In this document: positions 30,835 through 41,154 of the stretch, in pieces
Layout of the letters: every line of letters starts with the position of its first letter
How positions within the stretch are numbered: position 1 is the stretch's first letter
Assembly (NCBI GenBank): GCA_030603365.1
Contig: JAUVXV010000002.1
Location: 224,001 to 288,000 of the forward strand
Source: Candidatus Heimdallarchaeota archaeon
Lineage (GTDB): Archaea; Asgardarchaeota; Heimdallarchaeia; Heimdallarchaeales; Heimdallarchaeaceae
DNA length: 64,000 bases
Direction of reading: 5' to 3'
Translations under genes and position numbers: made by a program
The notes under the pieces: generated by a model
Told to the model about the DNA's origin: nothing
The model's database searches: none
What the model saw: only the letters and a program-made list of their open reading frames with translations

Positions 30835-31683
30835 GTGATAAAAATGTTTATTGGAGAAAATGAAGAGATAGAGGAAATTGAGAAAACAATTCAGTGGTAT
30901 GATGAAGCGTTTAATGAGTGGAATATAGAAAAGTTGACAAAAGCATTTCATTATGATTCAATGGTTTATTGGTTTATTCCTGAAGATGATAGATTTTACA
31001 AAGGTTCTTGTTATCGATGGATTATAGGGTTCTTAGAAAATCAAAAGGACAATCCAGAAATTAACTATTATGTCAATGTTGAGAGTATATATCAGACAGG
31101 CTCAGTAGCTTATTCTAGAGTGAGATTTCTAATAGATGATCCTGACGATCCTCGAGACACAACAGATTATCTCACTCTTATGAAATTTGGAGAAGATTGG
31201 CAAGTTGTTAACAAATCAGGCCATACAATCCCGCTTTCAGCTGAAGAGTTACTGGAAAGAGTAATGAATGATACAGAAATCCCTTGCAATGATTCAGGAG
31301 AAATTAAAGCTATAGAAACTGCTCTAAAGACATATGCAGACGCATTTCATGAATGGGATCTTGAAAAGATAAAAACCACATTTCATCCCGACATGAGATT
31401 TAATTCAGTTGATAAAGAAACAGAGGAATTTAAGAATCAATTCAGATCATATCCAGTTTGGAATGAGATACTAACCAATCACAGAGCAGATGGAATAAAG
31501 TTTGAAATAGAAGTAAAACACATAGATCAAAGAGGTACAGCAGCTGTAGCGGTTATGTACTGGAAAGCTTTTACTCCTAAAGGAATAAGCCACACAACAG
31601 ATTTCCTGACGCTTCTCAAAGTAAATGGAAAATGGGTTGTTGTAAATAAGTCATGTGATTTTGATTTTGAAGAGAAAAACTGA
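30835..31683 (+). CDS. Tandem double NTF2-like (putative lumazine-binding) protein
   Basis: Two internal repeats ending TDYLTLMKFGEDWQVVNKS and TDFLTLLKVNGKWVVVNKS. Confidence 0.82.
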   Translation: MIKMFIGENEEIEEIEKTIQWYDEAFNEWNIEKLTKAFHYDSMVYWFIPEDDRFYKGSCYRWIIGFLENQKDNPEINYYVNVESIYQTGSVAYSRVRFLIDDPDDPRDTTDYLTLMKFGEDWQVVNKSGHTIPLSAEELLERVMNDTEIPCNDSGEIKAIETALKTYADAFHEWDLEKIKTTFHPDMRFNSVDKETEEFKNQFRSYPVWNEILTNHRADGIKFEIEVKHIDQRGTAAVAVMYWKAFTPKGISHTTDFLTLLKVNGKWVVVNKSCDFDFEEKN

Positions 31684-31834
31684 TTATTTCTGGTTTTCTT
31701 CTTTTTCATTATTTCTTTTTACCTCAAGGGCAAGTTTGAAAAACCTTGATTATCTTTATTATTTGCTTAGATAGATTTTAGTTTCTAAAAAGAAGAGAAT
31801 AGTAGTTCCTCTGCTTCTTAGGTAGGGGTTAGAA

Positions 31835-33634
31835 ATGTCTGGAGAAAAAGTATACCAAGAGATTCTTGAGCTGCTGGACAGCATCAGAACAATTGTAGAA
31901 AATACCAACTGGAGAGATTATTCTGAAACAAGAGTAAGAATTCTAGTTTCTCAAAGAGTTGATGAGTTAAAGCACATTCTTGGTGAGATTCCTGACGATT
32001 TATTAACAAATTCAGAAAAAGCATCCTTGTTTTTCGAAAATGTTCTAGATAGAATAACAACTATTCTTACTAACTTACCACAAGACAAACTCCCAATTCA
32101 GTGGTATGAACTTGAGTTATTTAGACTACGCTATGCTTCAATGTATGCATTACAATATGGGCAAGCAGGAGAACTTCAGGTAGCTGGTTCAGCTCATGCT
32201 CTATCAAATATGTTAATAGGCATTAGTACCCTAGATGTTAAGAATCTTCTTGTTGACTGGGAGCATCATCAATTTCATAGGAGAAGAAAGCTGATACTAA
32301 ATTACTTGAGTTCAGCATATCTCTTCTTCTTCAGTTTATGTGATTCTCTGACACAGATTTACAAGCATGATTTAGAGAATTGGTTGTCTGAGGGATTGAA
32401 AGCTAGTATTCAATATATCAAATATATGGACATCTTCTGGAATGTTAAGAAGAATATTGAGTTAGCAAAGAAAATACCTAAGGAACGAAATTACTCTATG
32501 TATTATGCATCCTTTGCTGCAATTGACTACATTATAACATTTCTACTTGATCTACAAAGGTATCTGTACAATGATTCACTGAATATTACATCAAATAACG
32601 AAGTAATTAATATCACTAATCCTGAAGATTTTCTCAATTCTATGGAGAATCTATTGAAGAAAGGTGATGAATATGTTGCTGATTTAAAAGATCATGTCAA
32701 TAGAGGATATTTTGATTTAAATGATAATCCTTTAACAGATGAAGATGTTAGCGAAACGATATACGAACTAGAAGTGACAAGAGCATTTATTGTAGGACTT
32801 AAAGCTTCTTACAACGTAATAATCAATGACAAAATGTCAGAAATTCATATTTTTGAAAACACTGTTATGCCCAAATTATATGAATACTTAGAAAAGTATA
32901 AGCATCTTATGGATGAACCTGATTTCATTAATAGCCAAATAGCAGATGGAATCAATGGAATGTTAGAGGAATTAATCTATTTTGGAGGGATACTAGCCTT
33001 AAAGGTGCAAAACTATACTCATATTGATAAAATTGAGAGAGAATACAAATATTTCTTCTCTGATGAGGGTATGAAGAGATATCCAAAGCTTAATGGGTTA
33101 ATGGCAACTTTCCAGACAACTTTAGCTACTCGAGAGGAGAATTTCACTAAATTAGAAGCATATGCTCACAAACTTATCAGATTATCTGAATATTCAGTAT
33201 ATGCACCTAGAGATGCTTTTTCATTCGCTCTTATTGGTAATCTGATTCTGACCATACATAATGAAATTACTATAGAAAAATTTTCAGAGACTATGAAAGA
33301 AGTACATGAGATGTTCTATTTAGCTTTTACTCAAAAACTAAACTCAGAAATTGAAATCTATTTAACAAATGTCTGTCTAGCACTAAATAATGAAGAAGTT
33401 TCATATGATATGGGAAGATTACTAACTCCTCAATATTTTGATCCTTATTCAATTTTTATTCCTGAATTTGGTAAATTCGCTCAACAAAATAATTTTGGTG
33501 ATGTTGTTTATCTTCCCTTCAACCTTCAAAGTGATTATATCGCAGATGTGGATTATGAGCTCGTTGATCAAGCTTTACCAATTGTAGAGGAACCAGAAGC
33601 ATCCATTGAACAGCATGATACAACTGCTGATTGA
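31835..33634 (+). CDS. Hypothetical soluble, probably all-alpha protein
   Basis: 599-aa ORF with no recognised motif. Confidence 0.7.
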   Translation: MSGEKVYQEILELLDSIRTIVENTNWRDYSETRVRILVSQRVDELKHILGEIPDDLLTNSEKASLFFENVLDRITTILTNLPQDKLPIQWYELELFRLRYASMYALQYGQAGELQVAGSAHALSNMLIGISTLDVKNLLVDWEHHQFHRRRKLILNYLSSAYLFFFSLCDSLTQIYKHDLENWLSEGLKASIQYIKYMDIFWNVKKNIELAKKIPKERNYSMYYASFAAIDYIITFLLDLQRYLYNDSLNITSNNEVINITNPEDFLNSMENLLKKGDEYVADLKDHVNRGYFDLNDNPLTDEDVSETIYELEVTRAFIVGLKASYNVIINDKMSEIHIFENTVMPKLYEYLEKYKHLMDEPDFINSQIADGINGMLEELIYFGGILALKVQNYTHIDKIEREYKYFFSDEGMKRYPKLNGLMATFQTTLATREENFTKLEAYAHKLIRLSEYSVYAPRDAFSFALIGNLILTIHNEITIEKFSETMKEVHEMFYLAFTQKLNSEIEIYLTNVCLALNNEEVSYDMGRLLTPQYFDPYSIFIPEFGKFAQQNNFGDVVYLPFNLQSDYIADVDYELVDQALPIVEEPEASIEQHDTTAD

Positions 33635-33722
33635 GGGTTGTTAGCTGTTCGATTTTACATTTAAACTAGAATTTGAGTTTAAAAAAGTGAAAGAAGAAAA
33701 GAAAGCTGCTAAAAAATAAGTT

Positions 33723-34496
33723 TTAAACAATCTTATTTTTTCTTTTTCTTATTTTTGTTATACTTATAGCTAAAATCAATAAGAGCGACATCGTACCAAG
33801 TATAGAAGAATGGGTTGCTCCTTGCGTTGATGGAAATTCATCAACTCGTTCAATACCATAATAATAGTATTCATCTTTTATGGCATCGTTTGTCTGATAC
33901 ACGTTTTGTACTTTGATTAAAACTCCATCTTCGTCATACTGAACTATTGCTGATGCTTCACAATATTGGTCACCATATATTGGGTTAAAATGCTTTATCG
34001 TATCATTGTATTCGTATCCTATAATTTTACCAGATTGCATTCCTTCAAATTCACCTTCAAATATGTAATTTTCTGCATTTCGAACATCTACAGAGAAATT
34101 TCCACCTACAGGTCCGCCATAGTACACATCATAGATGTTGCTAGTATTTATCCACACATCATAGTAGTAATCGAATAAATCAGGTATCACAAAGAGATAC
34201 CCAATAGGTGCGATAAATGAAATGTGAATAGCTGTTAGGTTAATATTCCATATATGAAGATATGAGCTGGTTTCGATTACAGAAATATGATTTTCGTCAT
34301 AGGCTAAAATTTCATATTTCTCTTCATACTCTATGATATTAGATACTTCTTCCTCACCTTGTATCTGCCACCTTCTATCATGAGTAATAATGAATCTATA
34401 CTCATTTCCAACAATTGAATTTCCTTGACTTTCCAAGATTGGAGAAGTAATAATACAGAAAGTAAGAATTAGTAATGCTAATCTTCTCAAGGTCAT
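33723..34496 (-). CDS. Exported C-terminally anchored protein, family B (copy 2)
   Basis: Signal peptide and C-terminal TM + RKRK. Paralog of 35411..36181 (EYRFI, INLT, PIG, FDYY, NFS.D.R, QYD..GVL). Confidence 0.8.
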   Translation of the reverse strand: MTLRRLALLILTFCIITSPILESQGNSIVGNEYRFIITHDRRWQIQGEEEVSNIIEYEEKYEILAYDENHISVIETSSYLHIWNINLTAIHISFIAPIGYLFVIPDLFDYYYDVWINTSNIYDVYYGGPVGGNFSVDVRNAENYIFEGEFEGMQSGKIIGYEYNDTIKHFNPIYGDQYCEASAIVQYDEDGVLIKVQNVYQTNDAIKDEYYYYGIERVDEFPSTQGATHSSILGTMSLLLILAISITKIRKRKNKIV

Positions 34497-35215
34497 TTCT
34501 TAAACCTCCTTCTTCTTATAAATTCTCTAGTTATTGGTATAATCAGAAGAGATAATAAGATTGAATAGTAGCTATATGATACAGTTATATTCCCTACATT
34601 GGTAAGCTTCTCTTCTAGTAAGTAATGATCTTCAGCAATAGCTCCTTTGAAGCTTGATTCTTCCTTGAAGTAATCTCGTACACCATTTTCATTGTAACTG
34701 ATTTCAAAGGAATATGAGTATTCTCCTGAATCTTCTAATCCGAAACCATAGTAAGTTGTAGAGTTATAACCATATGTGTAGGAGTAGCTTGCATTATACT
34801 CAGCAGTATAGAAGCGTCTATTAGAAGCTGTACACTCAATTACTTCCTCTGACACCCATCTATCAGGCCAGACACTGTATAAGAAATCTAAATCTGAGAT
34901 ATTTACAAAATAACCTGGGTAATTAAGATTAAAGGGATTGTAATTATCCTCACCATAAATGGTCAGTGTATATCCTGATTTCCCATATTGACTCCAATAA
35001 AGATATACTAAATCATCAACAATATCTACAACTTCTAGATATTTGTTGAGGTTGTCAGTCCTTTTAATGGTCTCTCCATTATAAGTAAAAGTAGATCTAG
35101 CTGTGGTAGTGTAATAGTACCTATCACCTATAGTTATGTTAGTTTGAGCTAAACAGGAGCTTAAAGAGAATGTTACTAATATAATTAGAAAAGCAAATGT
35201 TATTTGTTTTTTCAA
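34493..35215 (-). CDS. Exported C-terminally anchored protein, family A (copy 2)
   Basis: Signal peptide, EDNYNPFNLNYPGYF...WPDR, TM + RRRR. Paralog of 36178..36942. Confidence 0.8.
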   Translation of the reverse strand: MKKQITFAFLIILVTFSLSSCLAQTNITIGDRYYYTTTARSTFTYNGETIKRTDNLNKYLEVVDIVDDLVYLYWSQYGKSGYTLTIYGEDNYNPFNLNYPGYFVNISDLDFLYSVWPDRWVSEEVIECTASNRRFYTAEYNASYSYTYGYNSTTYYGFGLEDSGEYSYSFEISYNENGVRDYFKEESSFKGAIAEDHYLLEEKLTNVGNITVSYSYYSILLSLLIIPITREFIRRRRFKK

Positions 35216-35410
35216 ATATATAAACCTCCTATCAAATCTAAATTTACCATTTTCAGCTATTTAAAGATATCTTGTAGTTTCATTGTTTGAATTCTTAGCA
35301 AGAATTGTATCAGTTCAAACATAATAATAAAGAAAGGAAAAAGAGAGAAGGAATATTATTTATTCTTTTAAATACTTTAGATAGTCAATAAAAAAAGGAA
35401 GAAATGAAGG

Positions 35411-36181
35411 TTATTTTCTTTTAGTTTTTCTTATATAATTATTCACAACTGCTAAGGAAATTATCATTACAGAAAGAACCAAGAGTGATGAAAAACTAAT
35501 CTGGTTGAAACTTTGAACCCTCTTTTTTGAACGGAAGTAATAACCTTCATAGATACTCCCAACCATATTCAGTTCAATTTCAAGATTCTCAAGAACTCCA
35601 TTTGTATCATATTGGATGAATACTGTAGATTCAAATTCAACAGTATCATTAATGCTTTCAAATTCCTGCAAAGTTTCATTATAGGTGTAACGTACAATTT
35701 TATTCGACCATAGTCCTGCAAATTCTCCATTGAAAGTATAGTCTGAATAAGTTCGAATGTCTTTGCTAAAATTACTACCTACATTGCTGGATCCTAGTAC
35801 AGTATACACATTTTCGTCTGTTTCCCATTTATTAGAATAATAATCGAATTGATCATTGAGTAAGAAAAAACTCCCTATTGGTCTAATCCAAGGATCAGGT
35901 TCAAGAGTATATGTAAGATTGATGGAATTGACGGAAAATTCCCTTTGATATATTAAATTAAAATATAATATACCATTTTCATAATCAAGTATCTCGTAAG
36001 TATATTGATATTCTTGATATTCTGACATTTTTTCATATCCTTCTATTTTGTCCCAAGTTTCATAGATTGTGATAAATCTATATTCATCTTCATATGAAGG
36101 GAGTCCTGAAACAAAGTTTGGAATTAGAATTAGACTCAGAGTAATGAGAAATAGAGCTAAAGTTCTTGTCTTTTTTGTCAT
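35411..36181 (-). CDS. Exported C-terminally anchored protein, family B (copy 1)
   Basis: Probable start is ATG 36181, overlapping the upstream stop (ATGA) as in the other copy. TM + RKTKRK. Confidence 0.8.
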   Translation of the reverse strand: MTKKTRTLALFLITLSLILIPNFVSGLPSYEDEYRFITIYETWDKIEGYEKMSEYQEYQYTYEILDYENGILYFNLIYQREFSVNSINLTYTLEPDPWIRPIGSFFLLNDQFDYYSNKWETDENVYTVLGSSNVGSNFSKDIRTYSDYTFNGEFAGLWSNKIVRYTYNETLQEFESINDTVEFESTVFIQYDTNGVLENLEIELNMVGSIYEGYYFRSKKRVQSFNQISFSSLLVLSVMIISLAVVNNYIRKTKRK

Positions 36182-36942
36182 GGTTTCTTCCTCCTCCTCT
36201 GAAAAGTACAAAGTAATATCGTTATTGAGATTATTGTAATCATAGGAACTACGAATGAAAAACTAGCTCCTTCAGATTCAGCTGTGCTAGTTAATTTAAT
36301 TTCATATAAATAATACCTTTCAGCTATGTTTCCTGTGAAATGAGTCTCATATTTCCTATATTTGAGTACACCATATTCAGTGTAAGTAAATTCATCATAC
36401 CTATGATATTCACCTACATCATAGAAATAACCATAGTCTGGTGGAGAAGGATATTGGACGGTCATGTTTCTTCCATAAGGCAGTCTATAACTAGAATTTG
36501 TCATTTCAGCTAAAAAGCTTCCATCTTCTGCAGTAATCTCGACAATAAAATAATCTTCATAGTTTTCATATCTATCTGGCCAAATTTCATAGAAGAAATC
36601 AAATGAATCAGGATCCATAAAGTAGCCTGGAAAGTTTAAACTGAAGGGATTATAGTTTTCTTCACTCCAGATATTTTGCATAAGATATCCAGGTCCAATA
36701 TGAAAATAATAGATACTGACTTTATCATCTTCAAGGGCTAATATTTCATAAAACCAAGTTTGTTCTGCCTTCTTCCTATTAATATCACCTTCATACTCAA
36801 AGGTTTCTTCAATTAATCCTGAATAATATAAAATATCACCTACTTCTAATGTGGCTTGAGCTTGAGAGATATTAGTAGAAAGAAAAATTCCCATTATTAT
36901 TAAATAACATACTATTTTTTTATTGATTGAGTTCACCTCCAA
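36178..36942 (-). CDS. Exported C-terminally anchored protein, family A (copy 1)
   Basis: EENYNPFSLNFPGYF...WPDR; TM + RRRKK. Confidence 0.8.
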   Translation of the reverse strand: MEVNSINKKIVCYLIIMGIFLSTNISQAQATLEVGDILYYSGLIEETFEYEGDINRKKAEQTWFYEILALEDDKVSIYYFHIGPGYLMQNIWSEENYNPFSLNFPGYFMDPDSFDFFYEIWPDRYENYEDYFIVEITAEDGSFLAEMTNSSYRLPYGRNMTVQYPSPPDYGYFYDVGEYHRYDEFTYTEYGVLKYRKYETHFTGNIAERYYLYEIKLTSTAESEGASFSFVVPMITIISITILLCTFQRRRKKP

Positions 36943-37048
36943 TCAAATTATAGGTTAACTTAACTAATTATTTAAACATATCCCAGATAGGCTAAATCCA
37001 TAAAAGAGAAAAATAAAGAATAAAAATTAAAAATCAGGAAAAAGGAAA

Positions 37049-38479
37049 TTACTTTTTCTTTTTAAGAGCAAAATAGATTATTACTGCTAAGATTATCTGG
37101 AAACCACCTAGAATACCAACAAGAATTATTATCTCTCCAATATCTAGATTTTGAAAAATTCCAGATTGTAAATCCTCGATGCTACCAAAGAACTTCCTAT
37201 AAAAAACATCATAATCGGTGCCAGAACCTAAATAGTCCATTGCGTCTTGCCAAATAATATGGATAAATCCATTGATGTCTGTTGCTACTTCTGGATAGTA
37301 ACTATTATCATCATTATCAGTTGATACTACAAGCTCTTGAGACCAAGTTTGAGTTTCGCTATCCTTTATTCTTAACATTATATCTGCATCGCTATTGGAA
37401 CCACCATAAGGTGTTGAGTCGTGCCACACAACAACTATATCTCCATAAACATCAACAGTTACATCAGGTCGTGAGCTAGAACTAACGCACTCATCAGAGA
37501 CGAATTCAAAATTGTACCAAGCATCCAATTCTGGATTAAATTCATAATAGAAGATATCAGCATCTGAGCCAGAATCTATCATTGGGGAATCATCATACCA
37601 TACTGAATGGACTAAACCATCTTTTCCACAAGCTAATTTTACTCCTGAGCTGTAACCATCAGATAACCAAGAAACAACAGTAGTGTAAGACCAATCCCCT
37701 GAAAGATCTCTAGATTTAAAGAAAATATCTCGATCAAGACCACTCAATTCAAAATTGGAATCATCTTGCCATGCAATAAATACTTCTCCTTTCGAATTTA
37801 CACAAATACTAGGAACTCCTGAAAGGTCATCACTCTCTGTTGAAACAACTTCTGCTATACCCCAAGAGGAGGAGGAAGCATGGTACTTTTTGTAGAAGAC
37901 ATCTGTATCTATGCCTGAGCTAAGATAATCTGTTGAGTCGTACCAGGCAACATGAATGTTTCCAGATTCTCCAATTGCAGCAACCGGGATATAGGAACCT
38001 AACGTGCTTTCAGTTGATATTATTTCGACAGCAGACCAACTAGAACCACCAGAGGTTTTTACTGAATGACAGATGTCATGGTCTCCACCAGATGTACCAT
38101 AATAGTCAGTATCATCCATCCAGAAAACATGAACGTTATCTTCATTGTCAATTAAAAGAAAGGGTCGATCAGCTATTCCTGTACTGTCAGGAGACACTTC
38201 TTCCATTGATCCCCATGATTCTGCTTGAATATCATACTTTGAATAATAAATATTATACCCCCCAGTTGATTCCTCCCAGACAACGTGAATGTTGCCTTTT
38301 GAATCTACTGCAACATCAGGATAGTGACAAGGCATATCACTCTCAAATGAAGCAACTTGAGTAGAACCCCAAGACCAGGAAGACCTGTCAACACCGGCTT
38401 TAACTGTAACTTCTGAAAGATAGATACTTAAAAGCAATAACAATATTGCGTAAAAGAATAGTAACTTTTTATTCCTCAA
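37049..38479 (-). CDS. Membrane-anchored surface protein with 7 repeats (probable beta-propeller, BNR/sialidase-like)
   Basis: Seven ~57-aa repeats W..VSTES..S..P...D..G.(I/V)HVVW.D.TDY.GSG.D.DIFY; signal peptide; C-terminal TM + KKKK. Probable start is TTG 38479. Confidence 0.8.
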   Translation of the reverse strand: MRNKKLLFFYAILLLLLSIYLSEVTVKAGVDRSSWSWGSTQVASFESDMPCHYPDVAVDSKGNIHVVWEESTGGYNIYYSKYDIQAESWGSMEEVSPDSTGIADRPFLLIDNEDNVHVFWMDDTDYYGTSGGDHDICHSVKTSGGSSWSAVEIISTESTLGSYIPVAAIGESGNIHVAWYDSTDYLSSGIDTDVFYKKYHASSSSWGIAEVVSTESDDLSGVPSICVNSKGEVFIAWQDDSNFELSGLDRDIFFKSRDLSGDWSYTTVVSWLSDGYSSGVKLACGKDGLVHSVWYDDSPMIDSGSDADIFYYEFNPELDAWYNFEFVSDECVSSSSRPDVTVDVYGDIVVVWHDSTPYGGSNSDADIMLRIKDSETQTWSQELVVSTDNDDNSYYPEVATDINGFIHIIWQDAMDYLGSGTDYDVFYRKFFGSIEDLQSGIFQNLDIGEIIILVGILGGFQIILAVIIYFALKKKK

Positions 38480-38576
38480 AATAAAACACCAAATCAAAAG
38501 TAGACTATTCTATCCTAAAAATCTTCTCTATTTTTCTAAACAATGTAGAAATTGTTAAAAAAGGTTTATTAAGAAA

Positions 38577-39125
38577 TTGGATTATGTACCAAACTGTGAT
38601 GATCTAATGGCGGAGTTCGTTCCTTTGGATCTGGAAATTCATAGAGAGGAGTTGATTGATCTTAATATTGAATATATGGGTTGGATTTTCAATGAAATAG
38701 AAAAACACTTCAAAATTGATGCAAAATCAGAAATAGGACCAGTTGACGAATATATCCGTGGTAAAATTGATGAAATTTATTATTTTAGTCCTCCTAATGG
38801 AATATGCTATCTTATAAAAGTAGATAATCAATACGCAGGGATGGGAGCATTTCGCAAACTCAGAGAGGGAGTTGCGGAGATTAAACGTATGTATGTTAAA
38901 CCCGAATTTAGAGGGAGAGGATTAGGAAAACAACTAATGCATAAACTTCTACAAAAAATCGAAGAATATCAATTTTCAGTGATTTATTTGGATACAGCTC
39001 TTTTTATGGAAGCTGCTCATAGTCTTTATAGGAAAATGGGTTTTACCGATAGAGAAGTATTTCCGGAAACTGAAGTACCTGAAGCTTTCAAACACCTCTG
39101 GAATTATATGGAGAAGAAAGTTTGA
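38577..39125 (+). CDS. GNAT N-acetyltransferase
   Basis: AEIKRMYVKPEFRGRGLGKQL, YLDT, AHSLYRKMGF. Confidence 0.92.
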   Translation: MDYVPNCDDLMAEFVPLDLEIHREELIDLNIEYMGWIFNEIEKHFKIDAKSEIGPVDEYIRGKIDEIYYFSPPNGICYLIKVDNQYAGMGAFRKLREGVAEIKRMYVKPEFRGRGLGKQLMHKLLQKIEEYQFSVIYLDTALFMEAAHSLYRKMGFTDREVFPETEVPEAFKHLWNYMEKKV

Positions 39126-39151
39126 ATTAGTAATTATTTAGATTTATCAAT

Positions 39152-41023
39152 TTAAGTTTCCAATTCAAAAATTTCTTTAGCCCATTTTTCTAGCATTTCT
39201 GACTTTTCATCAGGAAGCATTCTTCCTGTTTTTGAAGAGAAGTCGAAATCTTCTCTGAACGAAGAGGTTTTAATTTGCTTTACAAAGTAGTTTAGCTTTT
39301 TCCTTGCTGTGTAACTAGAACCTTTAAACGCATAACAAACTATAGAACTATCTAGATTTTGAAAAATTAACAAGTAGTTTTGATGTTCAATTCTACGAAT
39401 GGAACCTTTAGTTGAAAAAACTTCTTGAATAATGTTGTTTATAGCAGATAGGAATCCCGAAAGCAGAACCTGATCTACTTTAGCACTTGTCCCAAATTGC
39501 AATGAAAATAGCGGAACTCCACCTTCGTTTAATAAAATCAGCATAACTGGAGTATCGTTTTCTATCTCTTGAAGATCAAATGTTGCACGGGTAATCATAT
39601 TTGCAACTAGTTTATCTATTTTGGATTCTTTGATTCTATCAGCTAAACTAGCTTCTTCCGAAATAAGATTCTTCCAATTATTCAACTCAGTTAGAAGGTT
39701 ATCGTGATCACTTGAGATTTTTCGAGCTAAATTTTCCAAATCCTGACTTTCAGCGATAGATTGAGCAGTTGATAAGAACCCCCTAGCTTTATCAATATCA
39801 GCATTGACCAGTGCTAGTCTTCCCTTTAACCAATAAACTTCTGCTAGTAAAGAATGAGAAAACTGCTGTTCAGCAATCGCAAGCAGTTTATCAGTTAGAC
39901 CTTCTAAATCAACTAGAATATCTGGATTGTTCGAAAATCTTAGCTCATGTAATTGTATCTCACAAAGATTTAGCATTGCATGAATGTTAATTTCCTGATA
40001 AACTAGATTCTTACTGATTATATCTTGAAGGATTTCTTGAGACCTACCTAAACTTGTAAATCTATTTTCTTTTCGGAGTAAAACTACTTCAGCTAGAAGT
40101 GAATAATAGTGGATCATTGTCCCTTCATGGTCCTCAGCTGTATCTATTGACAACTGCAAATGCTCATTTGCTTCAAACAGCTGATCTTTGGCAATCAATA
40201 TATTGATTAGATAATATAGTGATTCTACAACTGTGAATTTGAAATTTATCTCAAGTGCTCTCTTTAGACTTTTAGTGAAATACTCAAATGAATTATCAAA
40301 ATCCCCTTGGCTATAAAAAACAATACCTACATTGTTGTATATGATTGCCATACCATAGATATTACCAATTTCTTGGTGAAGAATTAAGGCAGTATTATAG
40401 AATTGGAGAGCTTTACCAAAATCTCCACTAAGTCTGTGAATCTCTCCAATTGCAACTAAAGCATCTGCCATAACAATGTAATTATTAAATTTCCTACCTA
40501 TGTCTAGACTTTGTTCAAGGACTGCACTAGCTTCAATGAGTTTTCCTTGATATGTCAATATCTTACCTTTACGGAAGAGACTTTGAGCAAATAACATATC
40601 ATCATCAATTTCATCTGTAAGTTCAAGTGTTTGTTCAATGTAGACCTCTGATTTCTTTAAATCTCTAAAACTGTATATAGAACTTTTATTGAGTAAAATA
40701 TTTGCATCCACTCTGTTCTTCAGAGAAGTTGTGAGTTCTTTTTTCTCATTTCTAATCTTGTTTTCAACTCTTTCAATCATTAGAAGGCTTTCTTCAAACT
40801 GTCCTAATTGCCACAGTGATTCTATAACTAAGAGGAACAGGTCATACTTCTGTTCAAGAGAAAGGATTGTTTCGCCAAAGAGATTGATTGTGTGTTGGGC
40901 AAGAGAGATTGCATCTTCAAAGAATCCTAAATGAGTTATCACATACGCTTTTTTGCTCATTAGTTCTGCAAATTGCTTTTCTGAAAGAGTGGGAGTCTCC
41001 TCTGTTTGTTTAATCTCAGCCAA
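39152..41023 (-). CDS. TPR-repeat protein with a C-terminal longin-like domain
   Basis: Several TPRs (ALVAIGEIHRLSGDFGKALQFYNTAL; IYNNVGIVFYSQGDFDNSFEYFTKSL). C-terminus LILLNEGGVPLFSLQF...DQVLLSGFLSAINNIIQEVF. Confidence 0.82.
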   Translation of the reverse strand: MAEIKQTEETPTLSEKQFAELMSKKAYVITHLGFFEDAISLAQHTINLFGETILSLEQKYDLFLLVIESLWQLGQFEESLLMIERVENKIRNEKKELTTSLKNRVDANILLNKSSIYSFRDLKKSEVYIEQTLELTDEIDDDMLFAQSLFRKGKILTYQGKLIEASAVLEQSLDIGRKFNNYIVMADALVAIGEIHRLSGDFGKALQFYNTALILHQEIGNIYGMAIIYNNVGIVFYSQGDFDNSFEYFTKSLKRALEINFKFTVVESLYYLINILIAKDQLFEANEHLQLSIDTAEDHEGTMIHYYSLLAEVVLLRKENRFTSLGRSQEILQDIISKNLVYQEINIHAMLNLCEIQLHELRFSNNPDILVDLEGLTDKLLAIAEQQFSHSLLAEVYWLKGRLALVNADIDKARGFLSTAQSIAESQDLENLARKISSDHDNLLTELNNWKNLISEEASLADRIKESKIDKLVANMITRATFDLQEIENDTPVMLILLNEGGVPLFSLQFGTSAKVDQVLLSGFLSAINNIIQEVFSTKGSIRRIEHQNYLLIFQNLDSSIVCYAFKGSSYTARKKLNYFVKQIKTSSFREDFDFSSKTGRMLPDEKSEMLEKWAKEIFELET

Positions 41024-41154
41024 TGCTTCTTTATATTTGTAGGAAGCAATTAAAGAATCGATAATTGCTGTACTCTCATCTATTGATGTAAATTATAACA
41101 CTCTCGTTTTGCAGTTAGGTTTTAGTAAAAAAGGTAGGTTAAATATTTTTCATT

